Shown in pieces: positions 58,605 to 64,000 of a stretch of DNA of 64,000 bases. This DNA is from Verrucomicrobiales bacterium (lineage in GTDB: Bacteria; Verrucomicrobiota; Verrucomicrobiia; Verrucomicrobiales; V1-33). The stretch lies in NCBI GenBank assembly GCA_031411295.1, contig JANOAV010000202.1, forward strand, positions 1 through 64,000. The letters run 5' to 3'. A program made the position numbers and the translations under genes. The notes below the pieces were generated by a model. The model was not told where the DNA came from. It was given only the letters and a program-made list of their open reading frames with translations, and made no database searches. The first letter of the stretch is position 1. The number at the start of each line of letters is the position of its first letter.

Positions 58605-60628
58605 GCGCCCGTTCTCCTCTCCTCTTTTGGCTTGTCATGCTAACGCCGATCTGGGCCGAACCAGACGGGCCCCACCAGGTCCCGAAGGTAACTCCTGAAG
58701 TCACGCTTCATGGAGTGTCGAACGCCATGCTGCCAATCGCTGATCAGGTGGTCATCAAGCAACTTAAGTTGTCGGGCGACACTACCGCATCCGGACCGCT
58801 GGCGGATGATTTGGCCTTTTTCCTGGAATCCCGCTATCGTCAGGACGGCTACCCCGAGGCGCATGTCGAATGGCAACAGGAAGGCGAAGGCATCATCCTA
58901 ACCGTCTCAGAAGGTCCAATTTACGAAGTGGGGAAATTAACCATTGCAGGGGTGGACGAGGCCCTGGCGGCCACCTTGCTGCCGTATCTTACCAGCCCCA
59001 CCAAGGAACGTCGGGCGCGCGGAGACAAGCATTTACCGTATGTGGCGGAGGAGCTGAAATCAGGTGCCGGCATGGTGGAGCGCAAGTTGCACGCGGAAGG
59101 CTACCTGCATGCCATCGCCAGCGAGCCAACGTTCACGCCTAACGTAGAAGAGAAAACGATGGAGGTGACAGTGCAGGTGACGCTGGGACAGAAGTATATT
59201 TTTGGAGAAATTATCCTAACTGGCGATACCGAGGGCGTGGCCGAAGCACTGCGCGAACGAATCGCGCTACTCCAGGGACAGTCGTTCAATGAAGTGTCCC
59301 TGGAATCACTGCGGAAGGACTTGGTGACGGATTGTCAGGCACGCGGATATTTTGCGCCCACCATTACCTCAGAGAGCAACTTCGGAAAACAACCCGGTCA
59401 CGAGATCACAGCCAGTCTCAATGTGCAGTTAGGCGAAGTTTACCGCGTGCGTGACATCAATATCTCCGAGGAATTCAGCAAAGGGGCGCAACACGTGGCG
59501 CAAACCGTATTTCATCCCGCGCTCGACGAACGCTACAGCCCCATCTCGCTGGATCTCTACACCCGCCGGGCGCTGGAAACGGGAATCTATGGGCGACTGG
59601 ACATGACTCCCCGCGTCACAGGGCCGGGGGATCTCACCTTGGACATCGCTGGCACGGACGCGAAGCCGATTACGTGGTCGCTCTATGGCGGATACCAGAC
59701 GTTCGCTGGGCTGAGTGTGGGCACCGAGGTTACCAATGTGAATTTCTTGGATACGGGCCACACGGCCTCGCTCAAGGCCGAGTGGTCGTTCCGTGGTCTG
59801 GAGGGTCGCTTGGGCTGGAAAGACCCTGCCATCTTCGGCACCCGCAATGCGTTGGCGATGGATTTGTTGGTGGAGACGTTCGAGTTCAAGGCTTACCTCC
59901 GGAAGACGGCGGCCTTGCGCGCCTCCTTGTCCCGTCGGTTCTCCCGGGCCACCACGGCGGAAATTTTCACTGGAGTCAACGTCAATGCTTCCACGAGTGA
60001 TGGGTTGCTACCAGCTGAGTTAGGACCAGACTTCTACACCCTGGCCAATGTCGGGGCGCGGTTGAATTTCGATTATCGTGACAACCCCCTCATCCCTCAT
60101 AAAGGCTGGCAGGGATCACTGGGCGTGGAGGCGAATACCGGGGAAATTAGCTATACGAAGTTCGATCTCATGAGCGCGTTCTACCAGCCCATCACCGAGC
60201 ACCTGCGCGTGGCCATCGGGGCGCGTGCCAGCTACATCCAGACCAGCAGTGACATCACCGAGCTACCGATTGATCTGCGGAATTTTAACGGCGGCGGCAC
60301 TTCAGTCCGCAGCTTCAAGGATCGGGAAATGGGCGCGCACTCTATCCTGGGAGCCAACCCGTTAGGTGATTTTGCCTTTACCGTGATCAATGCGGAATTG
60401 AGCTACGAAATTATTTCCAATCTGGAATTGGCCGGCTTCGTGGATGCAGGCACGCTGGGCGATGGCAAGTCACTCTTCTCCTTCGATGACATGCGCTATG
60501 GCGTGGGCCTCGGCGTGCGCTATAACCTGCCCATCGGTCCGTTGCGGGTTGATTACGGCTACAATCCTGACCAGCGCGAAGGGGAAGCGCGCGGGGCCAT
60601 TCACGTGACGTTTGGGTTTGCGTTTTAG
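58601..60628 (+). CDS. Omp85 family (TamA/BamA-like) outer membrane protein
   Basis: POTRA-like segments, GGGTSVRSF, FVDAG and G.G.GVRYNLPIGPLRVDYG, ending in Phe. Confidence 0.9.
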   Translation: MSARSPLLFWLVMLTPIWAEPDGPHQVPKVTPEVTLHGVSNAMLPIADQVVIKQLKLSGDTTASGPLADDLAFFLESRYRQDGYPEAHVEWQQEGEGIILTVSEGPIYEVGKLTIAGVDEALAATLLPYLTSPTKERRARGDKHLPYVAEELKSGAGMVERKLHAEGYLHAIASEPTFTPNVEEKTMEVTVQVTLGQKYIFGEIILTGDTEGVAEALRERIALLQGQSFNEVSLESLRKDLVTDCQARGYFAPTITSESNFGKQPGHEITASLNVQLGEVYRVRDINISEEFSKGAQHVAQTVFHPALDERYSPISLDLYTRRALETGIYGRLDMTPRVTGPGDLTLDIAGTDAKPITWSLYGGYQTFAGLSVGTEVTNVNFLDTGHTASLKAEWSFRGLEGRLGWKDPAIFGTRNALAMDLLVETFEFKAYLRKTAALRASLSRRFSRATTAEIFTGVNVNASTSDGLLPAELGPDFYTLANVGARLNFDYRDNPLIPHKGWQGSLGVEANTGEISYTKFDLMSAFYQPITEHLRVAIGARASYIQTSSDITELPIDLRNFNGGGTSVRSFKDREMGAHSILGANPLGDFAFTVINAELSYEIISNLELAGFVDAGTLGDGKSLFSFDDMRYGVGLGVRYNLPIGPLRVDYGYNPDQREGEARGAIHVTFGFAF

Positions 60629-60747
60629 GCTCGCTTTCGGGTTAACTCAGAAGAAGCGTCCACGTGACTGTGTTTCCCTTTTGAAAGCAGTCCAGCGGAC
60701 TGCTTCCACCCTCGCTCAAAATTTCCGGTTTCCCAAGGAAAATGGCC

Positions 60748-63042
60748 TTAGCCCATGGCCGTGTAGGACAAGCAGTTGATTTCATCGAAGGTGGTATGAC
60801 CTGCCACCACTTGGACCAGACCTTCTTGATAAAGGCTCTTAAATCCGTTCTGGATGGCAATTTTCCGCATCGTCACCACCGGAGCACCTTCGGCAATGAG
60901 GCCGGAAAGTTCATTGTTGATGAGATTCATTTCCATCAAGGCAATCCGTCCGCTGTAACCCGTGCCATTGCATTCATCACAGCCTACTTTTTGATAAATC
61001 GGCTCGGTGGTGGCCTGTTCGATGGCACCATGATAGTGAAGGAATTCTTGAATTTCCTGGGTGACCTGTGCGGGAGCTTTGCAATATGGGCAAAGTTTGC
61101 GCACCAAGCGCTGGGCCTGACTCATGGCCAAAGCATCCGCCAGCAGATAGGGTTCGATGCCCATGGAAAGCAGACGAGAAATGGCCCGGAGGGAATCGTT
61201 GGCGTGCAGCGTGGTGAGCACCAAGTGTCCCGTTAGAGCGGCGTTCACCGCAGCTCCCGCCGTCTCGCTATCTCGTGATTCCCCGATGAGAATCACATCC
61301 GGGTCTGCCCGTAACAGGGAGCGCAGACCGGTGGGAAAATCGAGACCGTGGAAGGAGTCGGTTTGCGTTTGGTTAATGCCTTCAATTTCGTATTCGATCG
61401 GATCTTCAATCGTCTGAATGTTGATGTTATCTTCGTTGATGGCGTTAAGGAAGGCGTAAAGCGTGGTCGTCTTACCGGAGCCTGTAGGGCCGGTTACGAG
61501 GACTAACCCTTGGTCCCGGGAGAGCACTTGCTTGATGATGCTGCTTTGCCGCGTGGACATATTTAGCTCACTCAGTTTCTTGATGCCATCCTGCTTATCC
61601 AAGAAACGCATAATGATTTTCTGCATTTCCTTCCGGTGCGGCACGGCGGCTACCCGGACGTCGATGCGCTTTTTGCCGAGGAGCATGGAGAAACGTCCAT
61701 CCTGCGTGGTCTGGCGTTCCTGGGCCATGTTAGACCAATTTTTGATGATGGCGATATAACGCAGCAGGCTCTCTTCAGAACAGGAATGGATGACGACGAG
61801 TTCCCCATCCACCCGGGCGCGGAAGCGGGCGGTGTTATAAAATTTCTCCACGTGAAGATCTGACCCGCGCATGGTGATGGCGCGATAAATCACCCACTTT
61901 ACCAGTTCGTCTGGCGCAGTGTTAGGGTTTGCCGGATTGACTTTGGCCATATCCAATGGATCAATTTCAACGATGTTTTGATTGTCCGAGTAGGTCAGTT
62001 CCCCCACTTGGACGCCACTGCCGGAATCACGACTGCCCCGGCTGCGGTTGCGCGCGATGGCGGTGGAGATGGCCGAGGGGTCAGCCAAAATGTTGATGAT
62101 TTTGACGGCATCATGCCCGCTGGAAAGCCACTCGTCTTCAAATGAATACGTGGAAGGAACGGCACTCATCAACCAGACATGCTGGTCACTACAGTGCAAT
62201 GGATAGACGTTATGCTTTTCCAGCAAGGCATCCGGGAAGATACTTTGACCAGGCGCTTCTTCAGGATTGTAAACTTGGAGGCCGGGGGATTGCAGTGCCG
62301 CAATGGCTAGTCCATAGTGACGCGGCAGGAACTTAAGATCGTCCAGGCCAGCATAGGGTTTGTTGCCGCGTTCGGTGATGAGCTTCAGGAGCTTCTCCCG
62401 CTCCACGTCAGGCATGGGATAGATGGCCAGGAACCAGTCCAAGACGTCCTTGAGTCCGGCATTTGCGGGAGGGGGTTGCAGATTGCTGTGGGGATTTACC
62501 GTGGCCAGGGGCTTGGCGGCAAATCTCGTTAGCAAGTCTTTATGAATGCTGGCATACTGGTCCGGATGAATCACCACCCGCACGATCAGAAACGAGGGGA
62601 TGCGCCAGTAATCCTGACAGGATGGATCGTAATGACCCATGATGATCAGCGGTCCCATGGTGCCCAGTGGCATCCATGGTTGAGCGGAGGATGCCGGAAG
62701 TCCAAACGTGCGCAGCAGGGCCTCTGAGGGAATGGAGCAGGCACCACGCGGAAGCTTCACGGGCGGCAAGCCACTGCTGTGGGCCACATTTTCCAAATTG
62801 AAATTTCCCACCACCGGGGCCGTGAAGACTTCGTCTGAGACGCGGGAGGCTCCAGCCATGGCCGAAGGGATGGCGGGCGGGTAATTTGGCGGTGGTTCTG
62901 CCGCGCGCACGGGAGCGGCCTCCGTCCAGAAGGATTCGTCAGGAGCCAAGCGTGAACCGCCCGCGGCTTCGGGCGCAGGAGATTCCAACGCGGAGGCCCA
63001 AAAATTTGTGTTTCCCGAGGTCGGCTCTTGAGTAGTAAACAT
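60748..63042 (-). CDS. GspE/PilB family secretion/pilus assembly ATPase
   Basis: SDLHVE, QDGRF, GPTGSGKTTT, TIEDPIEY, LRADPDVILIGE, TGHLVLTTLHAN and CPYC..CDEC. Start placed at MFTTQ to avoid overlap with the pilin gene. Confidence 0.93.
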   Translation of the reverse strand: MFTTQEPTSGNTNFWASALESPAPEAAGGSRLAPDESFWTEAAPVRAAEPPPNYPPAIPSAMAGASRVSDEVFTAPVVGNFNLENVAHSSGLPPVKLPRGACSIPSEALLRTFGLPASSAQPWMPLGTMGPLIIMGHYDPSCQDYWRIPSFLIVRVVIHPDQYASIHKDLLTRFAAKPLATVNPHSNLQPPPANAGLKDVLDWFLAIYPMPDVEREKLLKLITERGNKPYAGLDDLKFLPRHYGLAIAALQSPGLQVYNPEEAPGQSIFPDALLEKHNVYPLHCSDQHVWLMSAVPSTYSFEDEWLSSGHDAVKIINILADPSAISTAIARNRSRGSRDSGSGVQVGELTYSDNQNIVEIDPLDMAKVNPANPNTAPDELVKWVIYRAITMRGSDLHVEKFYNTARFRARVDGELVVIHSCSEESLLRYIAIIKNWSNMAQERQTTQDGRFSMLLGKKRIDVRVAAVPHRKEMQKIIMRFLDKQDGIKKLSELNMSTRQSSIIKQVLSRDQGLVLVTGPTGSGKTTTLYAFLNAINEDNINIQTIEDPIEYEIEGINQTQTDSFHGLDFPTGLRSLLRADPDVILIGESRDSETAGAAVNAALTGHLVLTTLHANDSLRAISRLLSMGIEPYLLADALAMSQAQRLVRKLCPYCKAPAQVTQEIQEFLHYHGAIEQATTEPIYQKVGCDECNGTGYSGRIALMEMNLINNELSGLIAEGAPVVTMRKIAIQNGFKSLYQEGLVQVVAGHTTFDEINCLSYTAMG

Positions 63043-63079
63043 TTCAGGTTTGATGGAGGGAAGGGAGAGGAAACCAGGC

Positions 63080-63595
63080 TTAGTTGGCGTTTGCGGCAGG
63101 TGGTTCCGGCGTAAAATTCGAGGGGAAGGTGTAGGGGGCGGTTTGGTCGGAACTATCGAATGGTAGTAACAATCCCGTTCCGGCAGTCCCCGGAACCAAT
63201 AGTTGGAAGTTTCGGCCATTCCAACGCACCCGGTATTGTGTTGTCGCGTTGGATGCTGCGGGGTTCCAACTTGGTGGATAGTAGGGTGCACCAGAGTCAA
63301 AGCGTCCAGCAGAGGCCGCAGGTTTGTATTGCAGCGAGCGCAGCACCTTGAATTCGTCGGTGGTCGATCCATCATCCTTTGCGGTGCGGATATCCCAGTT
63401 ACCTTGCCCGAAGCCTCTCAGGGCACCGTTTAACTGAGCGACGATATTTTCCGCCTGAGCGAGCCGGGTGGCATCTCCCACATTTCCGAAGGAGACCAAA
63501 GCAATGCCTGCCAGCACCCCAACGATGGCGATGGTCACCATGATTTCGGGAAGGCTATAGCCGCGTTGATGCTTGACGGGAGATGTGCGAAACAT
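63080..63595 (-). CDS. Prepilin-type N-terminal cleavage/methylation protein
   Basis: QRG/YSLPEIMVTIAIVGVLAGIA class III signal. Confidence 0.9.
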   Translation of the reverse strand: MFRTSPVKHQRGYSLPEIMVTIAIVGVLAGIALVSFGNVGDATRLAQAENIVAQLNGALRGFGQGNWDIRTAKDDGSTTDEFKVLRSLQYKPAASAGRFDSGAPYYPPSWNPAASNATTQYRVRWNGRNFQLLVPGTAGTGLLLPFDSSDQTAPYTFPSNFTPEPPAANAN

Positions 63596-63620
63596 GATGG
63601 TCTGGAGGCTCGATAAATGG

Positions 63621-64000
63621 CTAGTATGCCAGCACCGCCCGGTTGGTCTGTCCGGATGGGAGAGGCTTGTAAATCGTGACTTTGTCCAAGTTGGCCAAAT
63701 CCTGCGGCAAACGCACTAGGTAATCCGCTGGCATCAGGGTCGTCAGGCTACTGGGAGCGTAAGCCATGTAAGGCGTCAGGAAATTGGTATAGCGATTGGC
63801 ATCCTTGGCGTCAGCATCGGCCCCTGTGGTGGCAGCCCATGCCGTCTTGGCCGTTTGCAGTCCATACGCTTGGATGTAACTGGAAATGGCCATGTTCAGG
63901 GCTTCGGCTCGGGAGATGGCCATATTTTCCTCAGTATCCCGCCGCACGCTGGTGATACTCGGGATGGCCATGAAGATCAGAATGCCGATGATGGTAACTG
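63621..64000 (-). CDS. Prepilin/pseudopilin-like protein (5' end off-window)
   Basis: The frame is open to the window edge: VTIIGILIFMAIPSITSVR, a pilin N-terminal helix. Confidence 0.8.
   Translation of the reverse strand, partial: VTIIGILIFMAIPSITSVRRDTEENMAISRAEALNMAISSYIQAYGLQTAKTAWAATTGADADAKDANRYTNFLTPYMAYAPSSLTTLMPADYLVRLPQDLANLDKVTIYKPLPSGQTNRAVLAY

Noticed and set aside
63043..63375. N-terminal 110 aa of the 875-aa ATPase ORF
   Set aside because: Overlaps the prepilin gene in another frame. The ATG at 63042 is the more plausible start.

Overview
A GC-rich bacterial chromosomal window. A PEP-CTERM protein, sulfatases and the general gene style suggest Verrucomicrobia/PVC (inference). 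Core content: two sulfatases, clpS, tRNA-Pro, ispH, an FGE-sulfatase-domain protein, a double GT4 glycosyltransferase, a 2509-aa SdrD-B-repeat adhesin with an upstream VKOR/thioredoxin gene, a GH5-like hydrolase, accD, cysI/sir, an MFS transporter, corA, an OmpA-domain protein, an adenylate cyclase, tRNA-Asn, hppA, an SDR, TamB/TamA and a PilB/GspE ATPase with prepilins. The most striking structure is a Y1 HUH (RAYT-like) transposase system. One intact 345-aa gene sits at 50865-51902. An array at about 350-5760 holds four 3'-end remnants and two 5'-end remnants of the same gene, all co-oriented. Each 3' end is followed by a conserved ~100-bp tail ending in the motif GSCYGSCASCTTGY, and cargo (toxin-antitoxin modules, truncated genes, orphan ORFs) begins right after that motif. 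This resembles a cassette-capturing or cassette-accumulating system. Also notable: a strongly structured ~240-nt candidate ncRNA between convergent genes (52972-53210), a 36-bp repeat/25-bp spacer/36-bp repeat whose spacer copies the neighbouring gene (18745-18841), and an IS5-family element inserted into a yoeB toxin gene at the left edge. All calls come from reading the sequence by eye; no database searches were run.
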